Source: the human T2T-CHM13v2.0 reference genome, Homo sapiens. Taken from it: a stretch of 64,000 bases of DNA. The notes below the pieces were generated by a model. The model was not told where the DNA came from. It searched no databases and saw only the letters and a program-made list of their open reading frames with translations. The position numbers and the translations under genes are program-made. Shown here piece after piece: positions 31,046 to 45,702 of this stretch (its first letter is position 1; the number at the start of each line of letters is the position of its first letter). Where the stretch lies: assembly GCF_009914755.1 (NCBI RefSeq), contig NC_060937.1; one strand, 5' to 3'.

Positions 31046-31086
31046 CTATCTTTCAGATCATTCAGAGCATAAGGATGGGCATGTGA
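31046..31086 (+). CDS. SERP2: SERP2 coding exon 3 ((A)IFQIIQSIRMGM-stop)
   Basis: Acceptor ttttcctcttttcag|CT. The spliced CDS is 84+73+41 = 198 nt = 65 aa plus TGA, with the typical SERP C-terminus. Confidence 0.97.
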
Positions 31087-31490
31087 GAAAGCCAGGGATT
31101 TGACACCACCTCCCTCCCACTGGAGGCGGGAGGACAACGGAAGCGGTCAGCCAGTTTCTGCGGGAAACAAGCAGGCCACACGGAATAGAAAAAAACGCTC
31201 CCCCACTTGTTCCCTGATCACTTCATCGTGGATGTCAGACCAAATTGCCTTCTCACAGGACATCTTGGTGCATCCGCGTTCTCAAGCGGAAAGGACATTT
31301 TGCTTTTCTGTTGGCAGGATTAGTAGCCACGCGGGTCGTCCGCAGCAGTGCTGTCTTTTTGGTTTTTCCCTTGGTTTCACTAATGCGTGCATGTGGCCCT
31401 CTGAACGATCACTGGTTTACTTTCTATGGATACAATCTCTCCTCCATTGAGAATTGATTTTACAAATAAATGTCTTCGTTCAACCTTATA
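31087..31490 (+). other. SERP2: SERP2 3' UTR (~400 nt; cleavage site approximate)
   Basis: Lies between the TGA at 31086 and the AATAAA at 31465-31470. Confidence 0.85.
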
Positions 31491-31503
31491 CCATGTGTGG
31501 GTT
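31465..31503 (+). terminator. SERP2 polyadenylation signal with GU-rich downstream element
   Basis: AATAAA at 31465-31470, followed by catgtgtgggtt at ~31492-31503. Confidence 0.85.
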
Positions 31504-33254
31504 ACAGTGAGAAAACTAAAGTGAAGAAAACAGCAGAATAGCTCAAGGAAAGTTGGGAGGTGGGGAGATTTGGTTATGCAGTTGGAGGAGGCGCAGGGAA
31601 TCTGTGGGAGGGGAACCAGAGCTAGATTTACTCAGCAGGTCCCTGGCCAGACCCTCAAGATCTTTGCCTGAATGAAGCCCTGGGCAGTTCTAATGACCTT
31701 GCATTTTCTACACATTTGATTCTTCTTTTTTTTCAATATTTTTATCTTGTTTGTTCTTCTCTTTTTCAGTTCAGAAAAGGCATGTACAATGTATGTGAAG
31801 GTCCGATTAGTCATTATCTCCTCTGTGGTCTGCCTCGGAGCTTAGCACAGAGCAGATGTCCCAGGCCTCTTGGTGAGAACCATCCAACCCCAGAGCCCAG
31901 CCTCAGCCACTCCAGAGGTCTGGGTAAATCAGGAGCCTTGCAGCCCTCTGGGGGATCAGCTGGCAGAACTGGGGGGTGAGGCTCTCTCCCTGGCCAGCCT
32001 TCCCCACAGCTTCTCAAAGCATGGTGTTGCCAAAGGAAGTTACAGGGACAGCCACAGGATCACTGGTAGGATTAGAGGTGGTCACCCTGCAATATGAAGC
32101 ACGCTTTTGTTTTTATTAATTTCCATCTTTGCATTAGCAATTTTTTCATTCATTAACTTCATGAGAGCTTTAAAAAGGAAAGTTACAGACATGACCAGGG
32201 TCTCTCTGGACCACTTTACAGGTTTTGGTGTTAGTGGCACTGTTTGAATGGGGCTTCTTGTTCACTGGAGTCTTTAACTTCAGACCCTTTAGTGATGTTC
32301 TTTCAGGCTTTCTTTTCTCCCACCCTTAGAGCTCCCCTCCAAAAGCATCCCTTCCCCCTTCTTCCTCCTTTCTTTCCCACTAAGAAGAGAGGGTAGTCAG
32401 ACTGCTCCAAAACCAGCAGCCCTGGGAACAGTCTACCACCCCGTGTTCCCTTGCCACTCCCACTCCCCAGCCCCCAGCCCCTTGCAAAGTGGCAGAAGAC
32501 ATTTCCAGCCACTCAAGGGTGGCATACAATAGATGGTCTCCAAGCTGGTCCCCTCATCCTGTTGGCTCTGACTGTCCTCTTCCAGGTCACCAAGTCAGAC
32601 CAGTGTGTGGTAAGAGATCAGCCCTAAGGGATCCTGCTTGGGGCCCGGGAGCCCACGCTGCCTGCCAAGAGGAGGAAAAAGAAAGGCTCTTGCCTTCAGG
32701 TGACTGGGTCTGTGTTCCCATGTGTCTCTTTCCAACTCCCACATTGCCTAGACTTGATTAGAGTGCAGACCTTCTCTTTCTCCCTTAATGCCCATACAAG
32801 CATACCTCCCAAACCACCAATAGAGGCCATTACTGGCCTGAGCTTTGTGGTTCATCCCTTATTGGACAGAATTTTTTTCCCCTAATTTGGCCTTTCCCAT
32901 AACAGCAATAGTCAAGAGGGTGATTATCCCCATTTCGAGGAAAGAGAAACTGAATCCTGGCCAGAGTCCGTTCCAGATAGACCCTGCTTGTCCCCAGGTG
33001 ACAGGTGCGATGGGCTGAGCATGGTAGGCTGTTGGCTGCCATCCATAAAACTGTCCAAGATTGATTTCTCTCCCCAGGCTCTGCAATCATCCATAAACTG
33101 GTTTTCTATTAGTTTCCAGGTAGCCTCCCTGAAGTACTTGTATATGGCAATCTACCCTCCCTGGTGACTTTTTCCATCTGTTCTCTGCAAGCAGACATGA
33201 GAGCTGTCTTAGGGAAGTTAGGGCCATTGTTGATCTATATTGTACTGCAGAGAT

Positions 33255-33520
33255 GACAGCAGTTTCCCTGTGAAACGTAGTAAGAAATACACAGAAGCCC
33301 AATGCACAACATACCCTCCAAAACAAGTTTTACAGAAAGAATTACACTTATCCCTACCATACATGATGCACTCTGATTTTTTTCTAGTCTATTTTTTGAA
33401 TTAAAATTAAAAATTTCTAGTCTAATTTTTTGAATTAAAAATTAATTCAAAATGGTTACATCCTCAACAACTGATTTTATAGCCCATGAATAGATTTCAA
33501 CCACAGTTTAAAAATACTGC
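33255..33520. mobile_element. hAT-type MER DNA transposon fossil (related inverted copy at ~42800-43060)
   Basis: agtaagaaatac...tgatgcactctgat...aaccacagtttaaaaatactg. The reverse-complement-like sequence occurs near 42.8-43.0 kb. Confidence 0.5.
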
Positions 33521-34707
33521 GCTTCAGAAGAAAATCAAGCCTTGGTTGGGGACAGATCAGCAGGGTTCAGAAAGCAGTAAAGTTGGAACCCCACTTTGCA
33601 TCCTGGTGAGAACTTAAAGTCCCATCTCAGTCACCGCCAATCAAAAGCTCCAGCAGCACATGAAAAGCGACTTCTTTTGGGATTGAAGGCACACTGGCAG
33701 ATTCTGCAGAGAAAGCTAGGGGGCCAGGTGAGCCTGTGGATCCAGCACCACCTCGAATCCATAGAAAGACTGTGAAATTAATGTCCATTTATTTCATAAA
33801 TAAATGTCCATGCTGGAAGGTTCAATTTGTCAGCATTCACTTACTGGGAATCACAATCACTTAGGACGGGCGTGGGGAGTTCTTAAAAGTAGGAATCCAC
33901 CCCAAGCCTGCTGAAAATCAAACTCTCAGAGGAAGACATGCATAGGTTTTGCGTACGTGTTTTTTAAAAGATGTAGACAATTCTGATGCCGCCCATCCAC
34001 CAATGAACATTTGGGAACCAATTCACCACCAGACTTAGTTTAATTAAACCAAAGCAGGGACCCAGAGGCAATGCCGCACACCTAACCCACCACATTCAAC
34101 CTGATCTCTGACAGCTTCTTTCTCCTTTCACGTTCAAAAGCATCTGGGGGCTCCTGGGGGTTCAGCGGTGATGATACACTATGTTTGGTTTTGCTCCAGT
34201 CCTTGTGTGTGTCTGTGGCCACAGACTGGAGCACAGTGTGCTTGCTACTTGACTTGACTTTTGAGGCTCTATAGAGGAGAATAATCGTGCCTTATGGAAA
34301 GGCTAAGGTCTTTTCCTAGGTCCCCTCCCCCAGGACATCATCACAGGTCAAACACTGTTTCTGGGAAGGCCAGTGCCCCTTGAAGGTGCTCCCTGCTTCG
34401 GAAGTGCCTAAACACAGGAAACATGCCCTCAGACATGGGGGCTGCACTTTGTTATAAGACAGTTCTCATCCTATCCAGACACAAGAACATTCTAACATAA
34501 TATCCCTGCAGTTCTTCCACAATTGGTCCCCAGAGCTTTGGAGGCAAAATGTCATCTGGGTGATGTCCTTTCTCCTACAGCCATCATCAGGCTTCAGCTG
34601 CAAGCTGTGAACATATATTAATTGCTGTCAGCAGCAGGTCCCTTTCTTTGAGAAATCTTCAGGTCCTGAGGCTTCCATCTGCCAGCCATGGGCCATGACT
34701 TCCTCTC

Positions 34708-35595
<888 letters not shown>

Positions 35596-37794
35596 CAGTC
35601 TGCTGCCAAAGCTGTCTGCTCCAGAGAGTTTTTGGTAGTTAGCCATACCTCTGGACAGTCCTCTTCCCCTTCCTCCCTCACAAATTTAAGTACACCCTTA
35701 GTACTTAATTAACTCTTAGGTACCTAGAGATTTGCTCTCTGCTTGTTTCATGTTTCTATATTTTGTCTCCCAGTTAGATTGAAACCCGTTGAAGGTACAG
35801 TATGTGTGTGACTCCTTCCATCTCTACCCCACCACTGATCCATTTTAAGCATTTAATAAAGGCAAGGAAGGCCTTCACCTTTATTAACTTTTTTGAAAAA
35901 TCAGAATTTTCAGCCCACAATTCACTTTCAAAAATACACATTAAGTGCCTACTCTGTGCCAGGCCCTGTTTTAAGGCACAAGTCCTGGCCTTCATGAAAC
36001 TTACATTCCAGTCAGGGAGACATAATAAGCACATAAATTATCAATAAATACTATGAAGAAAAATAAAGCAAGATAATACAGTGGCGACTGGCGGGGTGAC
36101 AGATTTTAAACAGCCTGGTCACAGCAAGGCCAAGAAGAGAGCACTGCATTTTTAGGACCTAAAAGAGAATATGCAGGCCTTTTATGTTCTCCTCTTCACA
36201 GATCAAGCCTAACAGTACTCGTTTCAGTATTAGGCAGGTTAGAATGCCCTGTGCTGCAGGAACAACAACAAAAGCTCAGTGGCTTTGCACGTAAACGTTC
36301 ACTTCTCTCTCACACAAGTTGAATGCAGGCTAGTGAGGGCTTCCCTCCACGTGTTGGCTCAGTTGTCTGGGTTCTGCTGCCATCCCAACACTAGGTCGCC
36401 TGTGCACAGAGAAATGCCAGGGGATGACAGCTCCCCCTTTTAGTGATTCACTTTTTCATTTACAGGAAATCTTCAGGTGTGTTTTCCCTCAGCCAGTCCT
36501 AGGGTACGGCAGGTGACACCTCCAACCCTCTCGGAAGCACACCCAAGGCGGAGGGAATGATGTTGGGAGAATAGTAGAAATTTCTCCGGTTCCAAAATCC
36601 GTATTGCTTCCTTATGGGAAAGGGCTTATTTTTCCTTGTTTTCCATCTGGCTATTACCATTTTGATAGCCTCTCTTCAGGCTAGATAAGCTGGGGGTGTC
36701 AGGGACAGATGAGAGAAGAAAAAAGGTACATTTCTGGTGACAAGGCACAAATAGGCTTGTCAGGGAGCGAGACGCACATGCAGGATAAGGGCTCTCCGTG
36801 ATGTGGAACAAGCCTGTGTTTGGAGCTCAGTAAGGCGGAAAGCCAGGTGGGCTGGAGCCCCACCCTTTCCTGAGCTCTCAGGCTGAGGCTCCTGAAGGCT
36901 TCAGGAGCACAGCAGCACCTTGTTGACCTGCAGCACCCTGCCTGCTTGGCCCGGTCTCTTCACGCTGTCGCTCAGTGCACAATTGAATTTTCCTCCTGAG
37001 GAAGTTGATGGCTGCTGGAACACGCAACGACGTTCAATACGATGATGAACAAAAAGTATCTGCAATTAGACATACCTCCGCAGCACTGCTGTTTGCTGTG
37101 TCTTAAAGGAGGTTGTTTGGAAAAAAACGAAGAGGAGTTGATGACATTGTTCCAAGCTCTGCATATATGGGAACACTTGAACTTTTTACACAGTAGGAAA
37201 ACATTTCATTTGTCCCCTGCCTATACAGCCCAAGCTCCTGTCTCGGTGTTTCTTTCTATCTTTCAGCAAGTGCTGCAAATAGGCAAAGGATGGCAAAGGA
37301 ACAGCAACCCTCCCCTGTGAATCGGGGCCATTCACGGTTAGAGTCACCAAACCTGTATTTCAGGGGACATCTTTCCAGCTCCCAATCTCCCAGCTTGGCT
37401 GGCTGCCCTGAAAAGGGACTGGGACTTGGCTCTGGGAAAGACATGGCTCCCTTTCAGGCTGAGTGAAACCCCTAAGGGTCCCTCCCGTTTTCTAATATCA
37501 GGGCTTGCTACCTGAGCTCATTGTTTGTTAGTGTTGGAAAAGTTTCCTGCTGCTTTCCAACCTGGCCCATCTACCCTGGGGCTGAGAAGGGGAAAAGTCG
37601 CTGATGTCATAACCCAGCTTGGTTTTGCTGCCAGTGGCAAGGGGATGGGAGTAAGCCAGCGAGCAGCCTTCCCTGGGGCAGCAATGACGGCAGGAGCCCC
37701 AGGCCGGCCAGCCGTGCAAAATAGGCTGCAATCTTCATAACAAAAAAGCCACCCTTGACAACATATCCCTAGGGTGCGGGGGGCCTCTTTACGC

Positions 37795-37910
37795 CTTTGT
37801 CTCTCTGTATGTCTCTCTCTCTGTCTCTCCATTTCTCTGTGTATTTTTCTGTCTCCGTCTCTGTCTCTCTGTGTCTGTTTCTCTCTGTCTCTGTTTCTCT
37901 TTCTCTTGCT
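37795..37910 (+). repeat. Degenerate (CT)/(CTGT)n tract
   Basis: Pyrimidine-rich simple repeat. Confidence 0.85.
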
Positions 37911-39249
37911 AAGGAACAGCTCTTGCCACTTTATAGTGGCAAGACTACTTATTCTCTGTTTTGAAATGCAGAATATGCCAGGGATTGGGGTATCTAGCAC
38001 ATCACCTCTTCAGACTTCATGCACTGTGCCCACAGTGCCCCTCCGCAGGCTTGTGCTGGGCTGGACAAGCCTTCCCTTCGTCCCTCCCCAAGCCTAGATT
38101 CCAGCGTGCCCTCCCTGCAGAAGCTGGTCTCCCTTCCCCTCTCCCTGCATGCTCCCTACTGACCTCTTCCCGCAGCCAGGGAGCATCTGGGGCAAATGCA
38201 AACAGTTCTTTGGTCTGCTTATTTGCTTTTCTTAGTGCAAAGGTGGAGGCAGAATGTGATTAGTGCAGCCACCATGGCTGCCAGGAACAAAGTCAGTTCT
38301 GGGGAAGGGGAGCGCCAGAGCCTGCCAGCCCAGCAGCCAGCCCTGCCGGAAGGCCCCCAAGCCAGGATCCTGTCAGTCTCCATCTAGAAACCAGACAGAA
38401 AGCACTTTTGTAAATGTTAACCAAAAAGGTCCCCCTGTGATGGCTGTGCTGTAAATCAAAGTAGACAATGTGGGGTGGGGGCAGGGCACACGTCTTGTCT
38501 CTGGAGCCATCGCAAAGCAGGGAGGGGATGCTCCTTCAACTCTCAGGTGGGGACTGGAGCTCCCCGCTAGTCCACGCTGGAGAAAGGTTTTTAGGGCCTG
38601 GAGTCACCCAGGACCCATCTCTGTCCAGGGGGTGCTGTGTAATATTCACCATTAATCCTACACATCTGGGAAGCATTCTCCTGCTAAAGATAAGATAAAG
38701 CCCAAATGATTTGTGTTGGGGGCTGGCTGGGGGGCTGGGGGGAGGCCAGACCTGGAAGGCTGGGCACACAGGAGCACCCTAACCAGCAAGCGGGGGACGC
38801 AGCCTCCGCGGCAGACTCCCACAGTCTGTCTGTGTTGCCGGGCAGATTCCCTAAGCATGGTGCACTGAGGTACACAGGGAATCTGGAAAATTATTTTGCT
38901 TTACACAATGGAGACTGTGTTATTTAAGTTTAAAATACCATGGGGGAGGAAGGTAAGCATAATCAGCTTTATAAGAGAACAAGCAGGCAGGGGAGCTTTT
39001 CCCAGATTCCACCCTTTTGTTAAATCTCTGAGGTTTCCAGAATGTAGTTCTTCCTCGCTCCTGCCGCCTCCCACCTTCCTTCCCCACTCTCCCCTCTCCC
39101 TCTCTGCCTTTCTCTGTGTCTGTGCCTCTATAACAATAAAAATCATCAACGCAGCCATTGCTGTGAGCAAGGTACTGTTTCAAGTGCTTTTCAGATCACG
39201 TAACCCCCAAAACTCTATGAGGAAGGTTCTGCTTTCTTCTCTGCATTGC

Positions 39250-39331
39250 GCTCTCTTTCTCTCCCGCTGCCTCTGCCTCTCTCATACACACACTCTCCCC
39301 CTGACACACACACACACACACACACACACAC
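39250..39331 (+). repeat. (CT)-rich tract followed by an ~(AC)14 microsatellite
   Basis: Pure AC run at ~39304-39331. Confidence 0.9.
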
Positions 39332-40189
39332 CCCTTAGGCCTCTCTATATCACCTCCACACACTCAGACACATACCCACAGTCTTGTCCACATCAATAAG
39401 AAGCAGTTCACCTCCACCGGAAGGGACAGCCTCAGAGCCTGAAGAATGCCAGCCTTTGCACTCCTGCGCTCGGAGGTTCTCCTGAGCTACCTGGGGTGCA
39501 GTGGCTATGAAGGCCTCAGTATTCAGACCTCCCTGAACTTGGCTGAAGATCGTGAACAGGAAAGCAAGCTCTATCCCTGCTGACTCTACCTGCCAGGCTG
39601 CCCAGCCTAGCAGGGCCAAGGCTGGATCTACTCTCTCTTCTGTCCTTGGCACTGCTCTGACCTTTGAGGGGAGAGAGAGGCAGCCAGAGGTGAGAGGGAA
39701 AACAAAAGAAGACTCTGGTTTCCAGCAGCAGCACTGACTAGAGAACAGGGAAGCAGGGATTCTGGTCCCGGCCACACCCCTCACTGCACCTGGACAGCGG
39801 GCAGGACATTTAGTCTTCGTGGGTTTTCATTTCTCTCACAGGAAAATGGATTATCCCCATTTTTATTTTAGGGGCAGTCAGAGAAGCCCAATGTAAAAAT
39901 ACAAAGAAGGTGCAGGCTCTGTGCAGCCCAGCCTTCACCCTCCTTCTGGAGCAGCCCTTTCCAGACTTGCTCACTGAATAAATCCTGCTGGGGCACAGAC
40001 TGTGCGCCTTCCATGGCATCAGGGGGTGCAGTGCCAAGCACCACTCCCTATTCCCCAGGAACTTACAGCTGAGAGGAGGGAAACAGGTGAGCCGATCAAC
40101 ACGCTCTCCCTAACAGTGACATAAACTAACAAGGGGCAGCGTGCAAAGCACAGTGGATCAACTCAAGGAAAAGGGAGCTAAAACTGTCT

Positions 40190-40745
40190 ATCTACTTCTA
40201 GGAATGTCCCCAAAAGAACTGAAAGAGGGACTTGGAGAGATTCTTGTACAGCCATGTTCATAGAGGCATTATCCACTATAGCCAAGGGGCAGAAGCAACC
40301 CAGGTGTCCACCAACCGTAGAGGATGAACGGGTAAACTAAACGTGGCACATCCACACCATGGAACACTATTCGTCAATGAAAAAGAAGGACATTCTGACA
40401 CATGCCCCCACATGGATGAACCTGGAGAACATTATGCTTAAGCGAAATAAGCCACTCACAAAAAGACAGATACTGTGTGATTCCACTTGTGTGAGGTACC
40501 TGGAGTGGTCCCATTTATAGAGACAGAAAGGAAACAGTGGCTGCCAGCAGCTCAGGGGAGGAAGGAACGGGGAGCTGGTGTTTCCTGGGCACAGAGTTCT
40601 GGTTTGGGATTATAAGAACATTCCGGAAATGATGACGGTTGCACAATAATAAATATATTTAATGCCGCCAAATTGTACACTTAAACATGGCTAAGATGTT
40701 AAATTTATGTGCATTTCACCACAATTAAAAATAATAATTTAAAAA
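40190..40745 (+). mobile_element. L1MB-like 3' end
   Basis: catggatgaacctggagaacattatgcttaagcgaaataagcc...tactgtgtgattccactt...accacaattaaaaa. Confidence 0.85.
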
Positions 40746-40869
40746 ATTGTTGGGTATGTGTCCAAAAAGTGGCCAGGGTTTGGCAAGCGTTGAGGGGGAG
40801 AGAAATGACGCTGCCCAGACCTCTATGATAAGGCCCGAAGCCTGCCTCCACCCCCCGGCGTGAGACCAA

Positions 40870-41240
40870 AGGGCCTTTGCACATGCTCTTCCTTTCACCC
40901 GATGCTTTTCCCCTCAATATTTCCATGACTCAAATTCACTCAGCTCTTTCTTCAAATGTCACTCCTCAAAAAGCCCTCACTGACACCACTAACTATAATA
41001 AAGCATGTACATGCACGTGCGCACGCTCACACACACACACATTCTGCCCACCACGTGCCGTAGCAGATTTCTGCACAGCACTAACCACCATCTCCTATGC
41101 TGGTATATATATCTTTATTTATTTATTTTCTGTTTCCCCAACTAGAATATAAGCTTCAGGAGCACAGGGGCTCTGTTTTGTTCACTGTTCTCTCCCCTAT
41201 GCTTGAAAGATTGTAGGTGCTCATATGAATTTGAAGGATG
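40870..41240 (+). mobile_element. L2 3' fragment
   Basis: gggcctttgcacatgct...caaatgtcactcctca...actagaatataagcttcagg. Confidence 0.7.
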
Positions 41241-41922
41241 ATGAGGAAACAAGGAAATGGGAGTGTCTGCCCAGCTTGCCAGGGCTCCCCTTGGAAATTT
41301 GAGCCCAGTGCCCCCACCTGGCCACAAGCCCACCTACTGAGCCTTACCTTTTTTGCATTTTTCTCTCTCAAGAACCTTGCAGGGAGGTGATGACAGGGTT
41401 TGGGAATTTGACTCAGAATCACAGCTATATATCTATGATCATCTTCTACCCTTTTAACTTGACCTTACGGTTTAGATATCAGAAGAATGACAGGGAATGA
41501 ATTAAGAGGGGAGATTCCATTTTAGCGAACATACATAACTCAGTTTTTAAAATAGAATCATACGATTTTTGAGGTGGACAAGATCACAGACTTCGGCTGA
41601 GTTTGAAGCATTGAGAGAATATCCAACCGCAAGTGGGTCACAGAGACCTGGCGATGCGGATGGGCCTGTGTTGTGCATTCAGTCTAACCCTGCACATAAC
41701 CAGGGCACTAAGAAATGTGTTTGCTAAAGAGAAGCTGCTGGTGCCAGCAAGGACACAGGGAAGTGCTCCAGGAGGCCTGAGGCAAGCTCACCTGATTAGC
41801 CTCCACTTCAGGCTCATCCTGAACCCTCATGGGCGCGGCTGGCTCTCAGGGTCTGTGGTTCCTAGACACTAATGCTTATGAACCTGATGCTTAAAATTGC
41901 TCATGGACATTGGCATGCATTA

Positions 41923-42648
<726 letters not shown>

Positions 42649-43199
42649 CTCCTTTGCTTTTTCAAGGCAATAAAGTCAACTCCCACTAAATGCATCGTCA
42701 CTGCGACATTACTGCATCCTCATTCATTGTGCCTGCGAATTCTACTTCAGCAATCACAGATTCTCCAACCTAGAGGGAAAGCTAAACATCACTAGGCTCG
42801 TGCTTCCTAACCTGTGGGTTGCTATCATTTCACGTGCTGTGAAAACAATGCAGCGGACCATAATAAGAATTTCATTTGAAAATTGAAATAGAGCAGAATG
42901 AAATAGAAAAGACCACAGGGCATTGCACATAGAAAACTCAGTCTTCCTTCATGAAATTTCTTGTTCAGTTATATATGATTATGATGTGTTTACTGCATTG
43001 CATTATGAAATATTTCTTACTATGAGACCTGGTCAAAAAAATTTTGAAGGCGGCTACTCTGATCCATTTTCTATATAGGTCTCAATACTGCCATATCGAG
43101 CTGATGTTTAATCATTCCATAATCCATGAGCTTATTCAGTACCTGTGGTGTGGAAGGCACTGAGCTGGATCCTGGGGCAATGAAGATGAACAGGACACT

Positions 43200-43655
43200 G
43201 TGTGCCACAGTCCAGGCAGGAACCAGGGTGGTGGAGGGCACACCCCGATTGGGTCGTAGGAGAAGAGTTTAATAAAGGACATATTGATTCAGTGTGGGCA
43301 GAGTATAGGGAACCCTAAGGAGATAGTGCAGACTCCAGGGCCACGAACAGCAGAACAAGGTGGGCAAGGCTGAGGGAAGGGAGCTGCTTCCAGAACCTGA
43401 AGCTATGTGGGGGACTTCCTGACAGAGAGGCTGTCGCCTTTAGTCAGGAGGCCACCAGCTCACAGGAACCCTGTAGGGAAGCTGCCAGAGAGACCAAGAG
43501 CTCAGCTCTCATCTCCTGCTGATGGTGAGCCGCATTGGCCAAATGCCCCCAGAAGCCAGAGGGCACAGGACACCAGGGTGCCATCCACATGGGAGAGCAG
43601 TGGGGAAAGGGTGGAGGGTGGATATGGAGGGCAGACAGACAAAATCACTGCCTGC
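43200..43655 (-). mobile_element. Old ERVL/MaLR-type LTR fossil (family uncertain)
   Basis: cagtccaggcagga...gagtttaataaaggac...gggtggagggtggatatggagg. Confidence 0.45.
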
Positions 43656-45040
43656 TGGGAACTTGAATTGGATGGATGAGAAGGCACATCATCAGAAAAA
43701 CCACAGTGGTGCCATAACTCATGCTGGAAGAGAGGTATTAATGACGACTTCCGGAAGCACCCAGGAGGAAGCGCTTGACTCCTGGGGAGGTTGGGGAAGG
43801 CTCGCAAGAAAGAAGTCCAGTGTTCTGTCTCCAAGCATCCTTTCCTTTGAAGAGCTGCCTTCCCTGCTTCCCTCCCTCCACGTGGTCCTAGTAGGATCTC
43901 AGAACAGTGCCGTCCTTCTCTGGTACAGGGTAGCAAATCAGAATATGCTCCTATTCCCTGGCCACAGCCCCTCAGAGTCTTCCCTGGGGATCTTCCACTA
44001 GTGACAAAAACTGTCTCTTGCCTCTGAATTCAGGAGACTGAGAGGCTGCAGAGTTGAAACTATTCTGCCATCTCCTCCCTATCCCAATAAGCATACATAT
44101 TCAACTTAGGAAAAAATTGGGGTGGGGCAGAAATTTTACTGGGACATGTTTTTCACTGAGGGTTACCTTCTAGTTGGGCATATACTACTGTATTCATGTT
44201 GATCGTTTCTCTTTTTGTTTGAGTGTGAGTTTCTGTCCTTGCAGTCTTGAAGCTGAATTTCTGTCCTAGCGCACCCTGCAGGTGCAGAAGCATGGAGAGG
44301 AGAAGGCACTTGGCCTGGTGAGGAACCTGCTGGGCGTATGGCCTGGCCAGAACCCAGGGTGCCTGTGAATGGGGACCTAGGAGGAGGCTGTCACAGTGAG
44401 TGTGGGTCAGATCATGAAAGGCTTGGGTCAGATGGGGAACGCATGAGTATTCATTAAGGATTTTAACAGAGGGGACACACACAGAGGTGCATCTTAGAAA
44501 GCTCCCTCTGAGAGCTGTGTGGAAGATGGGTGGAGGTGAGCCATCCCAGAGGAAGCCACGGGAGACACAGCAGGCACCACAACTCAGCTGGGAACCCTAG
44601 GGAATGGAGAGCGGTTCTTGGATCCCAGAGGGACTGAGTAAAGTACAAGAGTCTACAATTAGTAGCAAGTTTCCGGTTTGGGTGGGAAGGTGGATGGTGG
44701 CATGAATGGAATCTTGCTTCCGTTTTTTCCCACATCTCATAACTTTGAGGGTCTTCTCCTTCCTGAAAGCATGATCGCTTTCCCCCGAAAGCATTCTGAG
44801 TTTATCCATGTCCTATAGAAGACACAGGGCCCACAACAGAACAATACTCCAATGGAGGAAGGCACCATCACACACTTTTATGAACACAGCCCATGGGGCC
44901 TGAGGATTTTCCTGGAAGTCATCTCACTGTGATGGCTCACATGGAAAACAGTATTGTCTTAAAGCCCTAAGGTTTTTTTTCAGATCCTAAGGCTCTGGAT
45001 CATTTTTTAATTGGCAAGTAAATATTTTTACAAGTGGTAA

Positions 45041-45353
<313 letters not shown>

Positions 45354-45571
45354 ATAATTCTTTTTAAACCACCTGAAATGCTGACCTATGTCATTAAACT
45401 TAGCATGTCTTCCCTACATCTGAAAACTACACATCTCCAATCCTTTGAATCCAATGTAATTCAGCAAGCAGTATGGTGTGAAGATTCTGGAATCGTTACT
45501 GTGGAAGATGTCTGAAAAGGACATGTTCTACTGTTTTGAAGCAGCTCTCTCCAGTGTGGCAGAGTAACAGT

Positions 45572-45577
45572 GAGGGG

Positions 45578-45624
<47 letters not shown>

Positions 45625-45702
45625 GGGAGGGGAGGGAAGGGGAGGGAAGGGGAGAGAGAGAGAGAGGGAGGGGGGAGGGGAGGGAGGGAGAGAGAGAGGA
45701 AA
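45572..45702 (+). repeat. Polypurine (GA)n/(GGGA)n compound microsatellite
   Basis: About 130 nt that is almost entirely A/G. Confidence 0.95.

Noticed and set aside
36451-36482. Apparent 11-nt micro-exon (tttacag|gaaatcttcag|gtgtgt)
   Set aside because: It lies 5 kb past the SERP2 poly(A) site, is not a multiple of 3, has a weak donor and has no host transcript evidence.
37518-38097. 160-aa and 107-aa ORFs with RE/LS runs
   Set aside because: Derived from the (CT)n-like repeat.
38621-38638. REST/RE1-like ctgtcc-aggg-ggtgctg
   Set aside because: The half-site spacer is 4 nt rather than the canonical 2, and the flanks do not match.
44268-44283. CTCF-like motif (reverse complement cctgcagggtgcgcta), plus similar near-matches at ~7667, ~22197 and ~54748
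   Set aside because: Each has mismatches at core positions and cannot be told from chance without ChIP data.
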